64,000 bases of DNA from Candidatus Eiseniibacteriota bacterium. GTDB lineage: Bacteria; Eisenbacteria; RBG-16-71-46. The stretch spans positions 800,001 to 864,000 of the forward strand of contig OY970178.1 of assembly GCA_963707915.1 (NCBI GenBank). Direction: 5' to 3'. This document shows, piece after piece, positions 39,646 through 49,535 of this stretch. The position numbers and the translations under genes are program-made. Numbering within the stretch: position 1 is the first letter of the stretch; each line of letters opens with the position of its first letter. A model generated the notes under the pieces. That model was not told where the DNA came from, did no database searches, and was given only the letters and a program-made list of their open reading frames with translations.

Positions 39646-40326
39646 CTATTCCCCGAAACGGTAACGAAGCAGCGTCCAGAGCGCCGCGACGCCGTCCGTC
39701 CAGCGGACCTTCTTGCCCTCCGCCAGGGTCCGCCCGCGGTAGCGGATGGGCACCTCGTGGATGCGCACGCCGCGCCTGCGGACACGGGCCGTCACCTCGG
39801 GGCAGAACTCGAAACGGTCGCAGCGCAGCGGCAGGCTGCGGAGCAGGTCGGCGCGGAACGCCTTGTGGCACGTGGCCTCGTCCGTGATCCCGGCCCCGTA
39901 GAGCAGGTTCGCCGCGCCGGTCAGGAGATGGTTCGCGATCCGGTTCGCCGGCCTCATGCCCGTGATGGACCCGCGGAAGCGCGAGCCGTAGACCACCTGC
40001 GCCTCGCCCCGGACGATGGGCCCGACCAGTTCGGGGAACTGCGCGGGATCGTATTCCAGATCGGCATCCTGGATGACCACGACGTCCCCGGTCACCAGCG
40101 CGATCCCGGTCCGGATCGCGGCGCCCTTGCCCGCGTTGACCGGCTGGTAGCAGGTCACCAGCGGGCCCCGCCGCTTCTCCGCCTCGAGCAGCTCGCGGGT
40201 CCGGTCCGTGGAGGCGTCGTCCACCACGATGATCTCCTTCTCGATGTCCACCCGCCGGACCGCGTCCACGACCCGGACGATGTGCCGTTCCTCGTTGAAG
40301 CAGGGGATGATGACGGAGAGCTTCAA
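39646..40326 (-). CDS. GT2 glycosyltransferase (DPM1-like)
   Basis: Motifs LSVIIPCFNEE, VVDDASTD, NAGKGAA, IQDADLEYDP and VYGSRF. Confidence 0.92.
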   Translation of the reverse strand: MKLSVIIPCFNEERHIVRVVDAVRRVDIEKEIIVVDDASTDRTRELLEAEKRRGPLVTCYQPVNAGKGAAIRTGIALVTGDVVVIQDADLEYDPAQFPELVGPIVRGEAQVVYGSRFRGSITGMRPANRIANHLLTGAANLLYGAGITDEATCHKAFRADLLRSLPLRCDRFEFCPEVTARVRRRGVRIHEVPIRYRGRTLAEGKKVRWTDGVAALWTLLRYRFGE

Positions 40327-40574
40327 GGGAGGCTCGGGGTTGGCGTCCGCGCACGGTCGCGCCCGGACCCACCGGGCGGGCGAAGGGAGCATCTGGCATC
40401 ACGAGCCTACCCGCGGTCTCCCTGCCGCGCAACGGACGACGGCCGCGGGCCCCCGGCGGCGGCGGCCGTCGCCCCGCCCGGGGACGTTCCGCGCGCGGCG
40501 CGTGGGGGCGCGTGACCGCGCCGGGTGGGCTATGCTGCCCCCGGGCCCGAAGCGACCCGGGAGGTGACCGACCG

Positions 40575-41933
40575 ATGCGATCCGTGAACCCCGTGAACGG
40601 CGAGTCGATCCGCGAGTACGCGGAACACGACGAGGACGAGGTCGCCCGTCGCCTCGAGCTCGCGGGCGCGGCGTTCTTCGACTGGAGCCGGCGCCCGGTC
40701 GCGCAGCGCGTGGCGCCGCTGCGCTCCCTGGCGGCCGTCCTGCGCGACGGCCTGGCGTCCCACGCGGCGCTCATGACCGCCGAGATGGGCAAGCCCATCG
40801 CCCAGGCGGAGGCGGAGGTCGAGAAGTGCGCGGCCACCTGCGAGTGGTTCGCCGAGCACGCGGAGGGCCTGCTCGAGCCCGAGCCCGCGGCCACCGAGGC
40901 CACTGCCAGCTGCGTGCGCTTCGACCCGCTCGGCGTGGTGCTCGCGGTCATGCCGTGGAACTTCCCGTTCTGGCAGGTGATCCGTTGTGCCGCGCCGGCG
41001 CTGGCCGCGGGGAACCCGGTCGTGCTCAAGCACGCCTCGAACGTCCCGGGCTGCGCGCTCGCCCTCGAGGAAGCGTTTCGCCGGGCCGCCTTCCCGCCCG
41101 GTGCGTTCACCGCGCTGCTCGTCCCCGCGCGCGCGGTGGGCGAGGTCATCGCCCACCCGGCGGTGCGCGCGGTCTCGCTCACCGGCAGCGAGGCGGCGGG
41201 CCGGCAGGTGGCGGCGCTGGCCGGGGCCTCGCTCAAGCGGACCGTGCTCGAGCTGGGTGGCTCGGACGCCTTCGTCGTGCTGGCCGACGCCGACGTCGAG
41301 CACGCCGCACGCCAGGCGGCGCTGGCCCGCACCATCAACAACGGCCAGAGCTGCATCGCCGCCAAGCGCTTCATCGTCGAGGCGCCGGTCGCGGCGCGCT
41401 TCGAGGCGTCGTTCATCGCCGCCATGGCCGCGCTGCGCGTCGGCGACCCGCGGGACCGCGCGGTGCAGGTGGGCCCGCTCGCGCGCCCCGACCTGGTCGA
41501 CGAGTTGGAGGGCCAGGTGCGGCGCACGGTGGAGGCCGGGGCCGAACTGCGCCTGGGCGGCGCGCGCCGGGCGGGACCGGGCTGCTTCTTCCCCCCCACC
41601 GTCCTCACCGGCGTCGAGCCCGGGATGGCGGCCTTCGAGGAGGAGACCTTCGGCCCGGTCGCGCCGGTGACCCGCGCCCGCGACGCCGGGCACGCGCTCG
41701 AGCTGGCGAACCGCTCTCGCTACGGCCTCGGCGCCAGCCTGTGGACCGCCGACCTCGAGCGCGCCCGCGCGCTCGCCGCGGGGCTCGAGGCCGGCGCCGT
41801 CTTCGTCAACGAGACCGTCAAGTCGGATCCGCGGGTGCCCTTCGGCGGGGTGAAGGATTCGGGCTACGGCCGCGAGCTGGGGGCCTTCGGCCTGCGCGAG
41901 TTCGTGAACGTCAAGACGGTCTGGGTGAGATAG
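40575..41933 (+). CDS. NAD(P)-dependent aldehyde dehydrogenase (succinate-semialdehyde dehydrogenase-like)
   Basis: Motifs MPWNFPFWQ, LTGS, ELGGSD, GQSC, EETFGP and PFGGVKDSGYGRE. Confidence 0.93.
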   Translation: MRSVNPVNGESIREYAEHDEDEVARRLELAGAAFFDWSRRPVAQRVAPLRSLAAVLRDGLASHAALMTAEMGKPIAQAEAEVEKCAATCEWFAEHAEGLLEPEPAATEATASCVRFDPLGVVLAVMPWNFPFWQVIRCAAPALAAGNPVVLKHASNVPGCALALEEAFRRAAFPPGAFTALLVPARAVGEVIAHPAVRAVSLTGSEAAGRQVAALAGASLKRTVLELGGSDAFVVLADADVEHAARQAALARTINNGQSCIAAKRFIVEAPVAARFEASFIAAMAALRVGDPRDRAVQVGPLARPDLVDELEGQVRRTVEAGAELRLGGARRAGPGCFFPPTVLTGVEPGMAAFEEETFGPVAPVTRARDAGHALELANRSRYGLGASLWTADLERARALAAGLEAGAVFVNETVKSDPRVPFGGVKDSGYGRELGAFGLREFVNVKTVWVR

Positions 41934-41971
41934 CACGCGCCCCGGGCCGGTCTCCGGCCCGGGGCGCGTGC
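41933..41971. terminator. Perfect 18-bp inverted repeat between convergent genes
   Basis: GCACGCGCCCCGGGCCGG-TCT-CCGGCCCGGGGCGCGTGC. Confidence 0.7.
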
Positions 41972-41992
41972 GCCGTCAGCGCAGCCGCCCGC

Positions 41993-44134
41993 TCACGCGC
42001 TCCACATGTAGGCCCCGTACGAGGCGTCGGGCACGGAGAAGCGCACCAGGTCCGCGGCGGGCAGGCTCTCGACCGGCACGCCGCCCTGCATGAGCTGCAC
42101 CAGCAGGTCCACGTTGTCGCCCGCCTTCAGCCCCAGGCCCGCGAACGGCAGCCCCAGCTCGAGCACGGTCCCGACGTGGCACTCGCAGCCCGGCATCGGC
42201 GCCGCCGCGGCGCCATCGGCGCGACAGACGACCGGACGGGCGCCCGGCTCGAGCCCCTGGATCATGACCCGGACCGGGTGCGGCGCCAGGAAGTCCAGCA
42301 GCAGGTCGTACTCCGCGCCCGGGGGCGCGTTCGAGACGAAGTCGAGCCGCAGGTAGAAGCGCGCGTCGTCGTAGCCGAAGTACAGGTCGCGCCCGATCCC
42401 CGCGTCGCGGTGCATCGAGCCGCCGCCCGCGCCCAGCAGGTGACGCCCGGCCGCGTACCACTCGTAGAAGTGCGTCGGCCGGCCGTCGATCGTCGGGCGC
42501 ACGAAGCCCAGCGGCTGCGTGGCCAGGTCCGGCCGGTGGGTGAAACGCGAGACCGCGACCTGCAGCCAGCTCGGAGCGGGCAGCCCGGCACGCTCGTAGA
42601 CGGCCTGCAGGTGCTCGCGGAAGATGCGGTCGAAGAGCCCCTTGTCCTCGGTGTAGTGGTCCTCGCCGAACCACCAGAACCAGTCCGACCCCTCGGCCGC
42701 GTAGAGCGACTCCCACGCGCCCGGACAGTCCTCGGGCGTCCGGCGCGCCTCGACCAGCGCGCGGCGCGCGCGGGCCAGCAGCTCCCAGGCCCGGTTCTTC
42801 TCGGGATGCCCGATCCAGATGTGGAAGTCGGCGTCGATCCAGGAGCCGGAGTGCAGGTCGCGCAGCTCGGCCGCGGCGGGCGCGGCGGCCAGCACCTCGG
42901 AGGGCGTCACGGTGCGGATGTCGGGCGCGGCCTCGAGCGCGCTGTAGAGCGCCTCCAGGAACGGTCCGCCGTCCGCCGGGTAGTTCTCCCAGCAGTTCTC
43001 GCCGTCGAGGATGACCGAGACCAGCGGACGGCGCCCCGGGACGGACTGCTCGCGGGCGATGCGACGCAGGCGCCCGATGAAGTCGGCCACCGCCTCGGCG
43101 GTCTCCCAGTGGTAGTAGACGAAGCCGATGCGGTCCGAGAGCTCCCGATCGCGGAAGAAGAAGTCCACCGGCCCGGCCGCCGTGCGGTAGCGCCACGGCT
43201 GGTAGAGCGCCGGGTGGTGGCGCTCCCCCGGCGGCAGCGACTGCCACAGCACGCCCTCGTCGGTGGCGAGCCAGCGCACGCCGGCGCGGGCCGCCATCTC
43301 CACCGCCTCCGGGCTCACGCTGCCCTCCGGCGGCCACATCCCCGCCGGGCGGACGCCGAAGGCGCGCGCGTGCCGGTCGAACGCGCGCTGGATCTGGCGC
43401 TCGGCGTCCTCCGGAGCGGCGAACAACTCGCCCGGCATCGCGATCTCGGGGCGCGCGCGCCGCGCCGCGCGGGAGTCCACCAGCAGCGGCAGGATCGGGT
43501 GGTAGTAGGCCGACTCCGACAGCTCGACCTGCCCGCGCTCCGCCAGCGCCCGGTAGGCCGGGATCACCCGGGCGACGATGCGGGAGTAGAGCGCCAGCAG
43601 GCCGTCACGGTGCTCCTCGAGGAAGTCCCCGTTCGAGGCGACCGCCGCGGCCGCCTCGGGCTCCCCGAGCAGCACCGGGTCGAGCCAGGCGAGCAGGAAC
43701 CAGCACTCGAGCGCCAGGATCTCGGTGAAGGTCGGCTCGCTGGCGCCGCTGCTCCGCGCCCGCGCGACCCGCAGGCCGAGCGCCCGGTACCGCGGCCAGC
43801 GCTCCAGCGCGTGCCGCGGGGCGGCCGAGCAGCGCGAGAGGACCGTCGCGCGCTCACCGTCGGTCAGCCCCTCGACCGGCCGGGCAAGCAGGTCGAACAG
43901 GCTCTCGCGGCCGCCGGCCGCGGCCTCGTCGAGCTGGTCCAGCAGCGAGGGCACGAAGTTGAACGTGGCGTGCACGCCCGGGTGGGCCTCGAGGTGCAGG
44001 GCCATGTCCAGGTAGTCCTTGGTGGCGTGCAGGCGCACCCACGGAAGCAGGGCCCGGCCCTCGCGGGGACTACGGTAGTCCGGTTGGTGGTGATGCCAGA
44101 GGAATAGCAGGTCGACCGGGGGCTGCTCGCTCAA
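41993..44134 (-). CDS. Glycoside hydrolase family 57 (amylopullulanase-like)
   Basis: Motifs WHHHQP, HPILPLL, WPPEG, DGENCWE and AEGSDWFWW. Confidence 0.93.
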   Translation of the reverse strand: MSEQPPVDLLFLWHHHQPDYRSPREGRALLPWVRLHATKDYLDMALHLEAHPGVHATFNFVPSLLDQLDEAAAGGRESLFDLLARPVEGLTDGERATVLSRCSAAPRHALERWPRYRALGLRVARARSSGASEPTFTEILALECWFLLAWLDPVLLGEPEAAAAVASNGDFLEEHRDGLLALYSRIVARVIPAYRALAERGQVELSESAYYHPILPLLVDSRAARRARPEIAMPGELFAAPEDAERQIQRAFDRHARAFGVRPAGMWPPEGSVSPEAVEMAARAGVRWLATDEGVLWQSLPPGERHHPALYQPWRYRTAAGPVDFFFRDRELSDRIGFVYYHWETAEAVADFIGRLRRIAREQSVPGRRPLVSVILDGENCWENYPADGGPFLEALYSALEAAPDIRTVTPSEVLAAAPAAAELRDLHSGSWIDADFHIWIGHPEKNRAWELLARARRALVEARRTPEDCPGAWESLYAAEGSDWFWWFGEDHYTEDKGLFDRIFREHLQAVYERAGLPAPSWLQVAVSRFTHRPDLATQPLGFVRPTIDGRPTHFYEWYAAGRHLLGAGGGSMHRDAGIGRDLYFGYDDARFYLRLDFVSNAPPGAEYDLLLDFLAPHPVRVMIQGLEPGARPVVCRADGAAAAPMPGCECHVGTVLELGLPFAGLGLKAGDNVDLLVQLMQGGVPVESLPAADLVRFSVPDASYGAYMWSA

Positions 44135-44161
44135 GGCGTCCTTCCCGTGCGGCCGGCCGCG

Positions 44162-44827
44162 TCAGCGCGGCGCGGCGGCCAGCTCTGCCCGCAACACGCG
44201 GGCGCGATTCGCGTAGGAGGTCTCCCCGAACTCGTCGACCAGCCGCTTCAGCCTCGCCTCGGCTTCGTTCGGCTGGTTGGTCTGCCGGTAGCACCGGGCG
44301 GCCGCGTAGAGGAACTCCGCCGACGACTCGCGATCGAACTTGCCCACCAGTCCCTCGTAGACCGGCGCGGCCTCCTTGAACTGCAGGTCGCTCTCGAGCG
44401 CATAGGCGAAGCTGCGGCGCACGGCGTCGGCGATGAGTCCCGACTTCTGCTTCGCCAGGTAGGTCCGGTACTCCGCGACCGACTCCTTGAACTTCCCGAG
44501 CCAGAACAGGTCGTCCCCCGCCAGCCGGTGCGCGTCGATGCCGCTCGGGCTGTTGGGCCACTGCTCGGCCACCTGCCGCGCGACGGGGAGCGAGCGGTCG
44601 TAGGCGCCCTGCCAGAAGAACAGGTTCGCCTCGGCCAGCTTCCCGGCCGCCTGTTCCTCGTCGGCCGCGCGCGCACGCAGCGTGAAGAAGGCCCCCACGC
44701 CCACCACGGCGATCACTCCCAGGCCGATGAGGATCATCCGCCCGTACTGCGCCCAGCGGGAAGTAATCGAGTCCAGGAGCTTTGCTCCCGGATCCTCGAG
44801 TCGAGCTGACTCTCGCTCTAACGTCAA
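44162..44827 (-). CDS. Membrane-anchored TPR protein (YfgM-like)
   Basis: Single N-proximal TM helix followed by TPR helices. Confidence 0.8.
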   Translation of the reverse strand: MTLERESARLEDPGAKLLDSITSRWAQYGRMILIGLGVIAVVGVGAFFTLRARAADEEQAAGKLAEANLFFWQGAYDRSLPVARQVAEQWPNSPSGIDAHRLAGDDLFWLGKFKESVAEYRTYLAKQKSGLIADAVRRSFAYALESDLQFKEAAPVYEGLVGKFDRESSAEFLYAAARCYRQTNQPNEAEARLKRLVDEFGETSYANRARVLRAELAAAPR

Positions 44828-45046
44828 GGCACTCCTCCGGTTCGAAGGACGGGCTCAACCTCGGAGCGAGGTCGAGTGAATGGCTGCGAATGGGGAACCT
44901 TATCCCGCGGCCGCGTGACCGTCAAGCCCCGCCCCGGCCAGGCGAGCGCCGGGGCGCGGACACGGGTCCGGGCACCGGCCGAAGGCCGGTCGCGGGCGCG
45001 TCCGCACTCCGCCGGCTTCCGATCCGTGCATGCCCCGCTGCCCCGT

Positions 45047-46105
45047 TCACGGCGCGCAGCGCACGCACGCCACCGCCCCGTGCACGCGCACCAGCATCTC
45101 CGCCCGGGCCCCGCACGACGGGCACGTCGGCAGGTCGGGGCGGCCCCGCGCCACGTCCACCAGGCTCTTCAAGCGCACGTGCACCGCCCCCAGCCGAAGT
45201 TCCTGCTCCAGGTCCGCGACCGGCCAGGCCCACTCCGACAGCCCCCACACGCGCATCTCCGTCCGGATCGCCCAGCGCCCGCGCACCTCCGCCGCGCGCC
45301 GGTCCCACTCGAGCTTGATCGACGTGCTGTCGCCCTGCTCGATCTCCACCTCGTCCGCGCTCGAGGTCCGGCGCCGCAGCCTCTCCTGCTCCTCCTCCAG
45401 CCGGGCGGTGAAGAACGCCCCCAGCCGCTCGAGCTCGCCGTCGCGCAGCCGGCCCATCTGCTGCTCCCACTCCTGCTCCCGCTCGCCCAGCAGGCGCTCG
45501 AAGTGGGCGCGCGTGACCTCCATCCAGCGCGCGCGCTGCTCCGGCTCCAGTTCCTCCTCCATCTGGTAGAGACCGTCGCGGGAGCGCACGTCCGGCACCT
45601 CGGGTGCGCTGTGCCACTCGAGCAGTTCGCCCGTGGGCCCGATCAGGACCACCCACGGCTCCTGCCAGGGCAGGCCGCCCCAGCGCGTCGCCACCGCGTG
45701 GAACGAGACACGTCGCTCGTAGCGCACCGGTCCCAGCCGGGCCGGCCCCCACGACAGCCCGCGCAGCTTGCAGACCGTCGCCAGTCCTTCCTCGCTCACC
45801 CCGGGCACGTGCGCCAGGGCCGTGCGCCGCGTGAGCACCGGCACCTCCATCGCCGCCTCGAGGATGCGCCGGCCGCCGCTGCTGCCCGGGGCGGTGAACC
45901 ACGCCCCGCGCGGCAGGGTCGCGCGCAACGGGTCGAAGACGAGGCGTACGCGCTGGCGGCGCCAGCGGCGACGGAGCGGTTCCGCCAGGTCCACCTCCCA
46001 GTCGCCACGCGCGGCCGGCTTGACCGTGCAGCCCTCGGACTCGAGCCAGTGCCCCACGAACTCGCGCCACTCCGGCGGCAGGCTGGGGGGCGGCGCGGGC
46101 GACAT
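45047..46105 (-). CDS. YqhG-like hypothetical protein with coiled coil and C-terminal CxxC..CxxC
   Basis: Directly downstream of the SNF2 gene, with AAGGAGG SD. Acidic coiled coil (ELERLGAFF) and terminal CPSC..CVRC. Confidence 0.65.
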   Translation of the reverse strand: MSPAPPPSLPPEWREFVGHWLESEGCTVKPAARGDWEVDLAEPLRRRWRRQRVRLVFDPLRATLPRGAWFTAPGSSGGRRILEAAMEVPVLTRRTALAHVPGVSEEGLATVCKLRGLSWGPARLGPVRYERRVSFHAVATRWGGLPWQEPWVVLIGPTGELLEWHSAPEVPDVRSRDGLYQMEEELEPEQRARWMEVTRAHFERLLGEREQEWEQQMGRLRDGELERLGAFFTARLEEEQERLRRRTSSADEVEIEQGDSTSIKLEWDRRAAEVRGRWAIRTEMRVWGLSEWAWPVADLEQELRLGAVHVRLKSLVDVARGRPDLPTCPSCGARAEMLVRVHGAVACVRCAP

Positions 46106-46188
46106 GCCGGTCCCCTCCTTCGTCCCCGGCCCGCGGCGCGCGTCGGCGCTCCGGGCCACCGAGCCCTTGCGGTCCCGCCGCGGGGGGC

Positions 46189-48132
46189 TCACGCCTCGTC
46201 CTTCTCGGTCACCGACGGGAACAGCCAGTCCTCCGAGTCCTTCTGCTGCTGGTAGAGCCGGTGCGCCACGACCAGGTGCTGGGCCAGTTCGGCGAACTTG
46301 CGCTTGCGCATCCGCGGGTTGGTGGACTCCGTCCAGCGCCGGAAGACCTCGTCCTCGAACGAGCCTGCGGACTGCCACGCACCGAGGATCTCCTCCATCT
46401 CGCCCACCACCAGCTCGAACATGCGGATCTTGCGCTCGAGGATCTCGAGCACGTACGCCTCGATGGTGCCGCGCGCGGCCAGGTTGATGACGCGGACCGG
46501 GTGGCGCTGCCCCAGGCGGTGGACGCGCCCGATGCGCTGCTCCACGCGCATCGGGTTCCACGGCAGGTCGTAGTTGATGACGATGCGCGCGAACTGGAGG
46601 TTGCGCCCCTCGCCGCCCGCCTCGGTGCTCACCAGCACCGGCGAGACCGTGCGGAAGTGCTCGAGCGCCTCCTCCTTCTCGCGCCAGCCCAGCTCGCCGT
46701 GGAAGACCGACGGCTCCACGCCCGAGGCCACCAGCGCGGCGACGATCGCGTCCTGGGTGGCGCGGAACTGCGTGAAGATGATGGCCTTCTCCCCGCCGAG
46801 CCCGCCCAGCACGCGCTGCAGCGTGCGCAGCTTCGACGGGATCGCCGAGACCGCCTCCGCGCGCGCGGCCAGGATCTTCAGGCGCCTCGGGTCGAGTCCG
46901 TCGGGGCGCGCCGTCAGCCGCTCGAGCGTGGCGCGCGCCGCGGCCCAGGACGAGCCCATCTCCTTCTGCAACACCATGAGCGTGAAATAGTGCGGGCGGC
47001 CGGGCCCGCCGTGCTCGCCGTGCACCGCGTCGGCCACGAACTCGCTCACCTGCCGGTAGAGGCCGCGCTCGGCGGCGGTCTGCGCCACCCAGCGGGTCTC
47101 CACCTTGCGCGGGGCGAAGACCAGGTCCGTGTCGCCGCGCCGCGTGCGGATCATGACCACCTTGAGCAGGTTGCGCAGCCGCGGCGTGTTGCGCGGCGTG
47201 CGCTTGTCGTGACCGGAGAGGAAGTCGCGGCGGAACTGCGAGAAGGTGCCCACCGTCCCGGGCCGGGTCAGCGTCACCAGGTTGTAGAGCTCGCGCATGT
47301 CGTTCTGCACCGGCGTGGCGGTGCAGAGCAGCAGGTAGCGCGGGTTCAGGTCGTTCACGAACCGCCAGCCCAGCGTGAGGTGGTTGCGCAACCGGTGGGC
47401 CTCGTCCACCACCACCATGTCGTAGTTGGCGCCGCGCACGCGGCGCCGGTGGCGCTCGTGCCGGGCGGTCTCCAGCGAGGAGATCACCAGCGGGTGGCGG
47501 CCCCACTGTCCCACCGGGCCGCGCGAGACCACGAAGTCGAGCTCGAACTTCTCCCACAGCTCGGCCCGCCACTGCTCGCAGAGCGACGCCGGCACCAGCA
47601 CCAGCACGGTCCGCGTCGCGCCCCGCAGCAGGTACTCCTTGATGACGATCCCGGCCTCGATGGTCTTGCCCAGCCCCACCTCGTCCGCCAGGATGGCGCG
47701 CCCGTTGAGGTCGCGCATGACCTTCACGCAGGCGGTGATCTGGTGGGGGAAGCGCTCGACCCCCCGCAGCGAGTCGAGCGAGATGAGCCGGTCGGTGCCC
47801 GCCCAGCCGGACCAGCGCTCGGCCTGCGAGTGCAGCTCGAAGCGCGGCGCCGGCACCGACCGGCCGCACTGCCAGGACTCCAGCAGCCGGTCGCCCTGCG
47901 CGTGCCAGGCCCGGGTGGCGGCGACGCTCCTTCCCGGCGTCGGCGCGGGCGCGCCCGCCTCCACCACGGTCCACTCGCGCTGCGCCGAGAGACGACGGAG
48001 CTGGCCGTCGAAGACGACCTCCAGCACCTCGCGGCCGCGATCGGTGTGGACCTCGACCACCAGGCCCTCGCCGAACTGCGGATGGCGCAGCCGCTGGCCG
48101 ACCTCGTAGGCGAGGGGCTTCGTCAACTCCAC
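46189..48132 (-). CDS. SNF2/RapA-group ATPase (YqhH-like) with N-terminal Tudor-like domain
   Basis: Motifs ILADEVGLGKT, VDEAH, TATPVQN, STEAGGEGRNLQ and DLPWNPMRVEQRIGR. N-terminus reads VGQRLRHPQFGEG. Confidence 0.92.
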   Translation of the reverse strand: MELTKPLAYEVGQRLRHPQFGEGLVVEVHTDRGREVLEVVFDGQLRRLSAQREWTVVEAGAPAPTPGRSVAATRAWHAQGDRLLESWQCGRSVPAPRFELHSQAERWSGWAGTDRLISLDSLRGVERFPHQITACVKVMRDLNGRAILADEVGLGKTIEAGIVIKEYLLRGATRTVLVLVPASLCEQWRAELWEKFELDFVVSRGPVGQWGRHPLVISSLETARHERHRRRVRGANYDMVVVDEAHRLRNHLTLGWRFVNDLNPRYLLLCTATPVQNDMRELYNLVTLTRPGTVGTFSQFRRDFLSGHDKRTPRNTPRLRNLLKVVMIRTRRGDTDLVFAPRKVETRWVAQTAAERGLYRQVSEFVADAVHGEHGGPGRPHYFTLMVLQKEMGSSWAAARATLERLTARPDGLDPRRLKILAARAEAVSAIPSKLRTLQRVLGGLGGEKAIIFTQFRATQDAIVAALVASGVEPSVFHGELGWREKEEALEHFRTVSPVLVSTEAGGEGRNLQFARIVINYDLPWNPMRVEQRIGRVHRLGQRHPVRVINLAARGTIEAYVLEILERKIRMFELVVGEMEEILGAWQSAGSFEDEVFRRWTESTNPRMRKRKFAELAQHLVVAHRLYQQQKDSEDWLFPSVTEKDEA

Positions 48133-49535
48133 AGCGCGGCCTCCTCGCCCGGCGCGGGGATCCTCACCTCGGCCCCCACCCGCTCGCGCAGCAGGCCGGC
48201 CAGCGTCTCCGCGGCGCCGGCCTCGCCGTGCACCAGGAAGATGCGCCGCGGCGCGGGATCGAGCCGGCCGACCCAGTCGAGGATCTCGGCCTGGTCGGCA
48301 TGGGCGCTGAAGCCTTCCAGCGAGGTCACCTCGCAGAGCCGCCGGGTGGGCTCGCCGAAGATGTTCACGACCTCGGCGCCGTCGCGCAGGCGGCGCCCCA
48401 GCGTGCCCTCGGCCTGGAAGCCCACGAACAGCACGGTGTTCTTCGGCTCGCCCAGCCCGAAGCGCAGGTGGTGGAGGATCCGGCCGCCTTCGCACATCCC
48501 CGAGCCGGCGATGATGATGCACGGCTCGGTGCGCTCGTTGAGCGCCTTGGACTCCTCGGCGCTGCTCACGTAGCGCAGCCGCGCGAAGCCGAAGGGCGCG
48601 CCGCCGTGGTTCACGAAGGCGTCGTGCGTCTCGGCATCGAAGCACTCGGGGTGCTGCCGGTAGACCCCGGTCGCGACCCGCGCCAGCGGGCTGTCCACGA
48701 AGATCGGGACGTCGGGCACCGCGCGGCGGCCGATCAGCTCGTGCAGGGTCGCCACCAGCTCCTGGGTCCGGCCCACCGCGAACGAGGGCACGATCAGCCT
48801 GCCCCCGCGCCCGAGCGTGCGCGTCGCGGTCTCCTGCAGCGCCCGGACGTTCTCCTCCTCGGGCGGGTGCAGCCGGTCCCCGTACGTGCTCTCCAGCACC
48901 AGCACGTCCACGCCCGGAGGGACGTCCGGGTCGCGCAGGATGGGCCGCCGGTAGCGCCCGAGGTCCCCCGTCATCCCCAGCCTCAGCGTGCGCCCGCCGG
49001 CGCGGAACTCGAAGGTCGTGATCGCCGAGCCCAGGATGTGGCCGGCGTCCCAGAACTCGACCTCGACGCCGTCGGCCAGCGGCCACGGTTCCCGGTAGTC
49101 GTGCGTCTCGAAGCGCTCGAGCGTCGGCACCACGTCGGCCGGCCGGTAGAGCGGCTTGCGGGGCGCCTGCTGCTTCGCCCGCCCGCGCTTGTTCACGTGC
49201 TCGAGATCGCGTTCCATCAGGAACGCGCTGTCGGCCAGCAGCGGACGCGCGAGGTCCGCGGTGGCCGGGGTGAGGTGGATCCTGCCGCCGAACCCCTGGC
49301 GGACCAGCGTCGGGAGGTTCCCGCTGTGGTCGAGATGCGCGTGCGAGAGCACCACCCCTTCGAGCTCCGCGGGCGCGAAGGCGAACGTGCGGTTCACCCG
49401 GTCCGCGTCCTCGCGGTGGCCCTGGTAGATCCCGCAGTCGAACAGCCAGGAGCGGGCGCCGAAGCGCACCAGGTGGCGCGACCCGGTCACGGTGCGGGCC
49501 GCGCCCTGGAAGGAGACGGCGAGGGGCAGCGTCAT
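48123..49535 (-). CDS. MBL-fold beta-CASP ribonuclease
   Basis: Motifs VTGS, SHAHLDH, AGHILGS, GDLG, ESTYG, SGMCEGGRI, FSAHAD and LVHGE. Confidence 0.94.
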   Translation of the reverse strand: MTLPLAVSFQGAARTVTGSRHLVRFGARSWLFDCGIYQGHREDADRVNRTFAFAPAELEGVVLSHAHLDHSGNLPTLVRQGFGGRIHLTPATADLARPLLADSAFLMERDLEHVNKRGRAKQQAPRKPLYRPADVVPTLERFETHDYREPWPLADGVEVEFWDAGHILGSAITTFEFRAGGRTLRLGMTGDLGRYRRPILRDPDVPPGVDVLVLESTYGDRLHPPEEENVRALQETATRTLGRGGRLIVPSFAVGRTQELVATLHELIGRRAVPDVPIFVDSPLARVATGVYRQHPECFDAETHDAFVNHGGAPFGFARLRYVSSAEESKALNERTEPCIIIAGSGMCEGGRILHHLRFGLGEPKNTVLFVGFQAEGTLGRRLRDGAEVVNIFGEPTRRLCEVTSLEGFSAHADQAEILDWVGRLDPAPRRIFLVHGEAGAAETLAGLLRERVGAEVRIPAPGEEAALWS

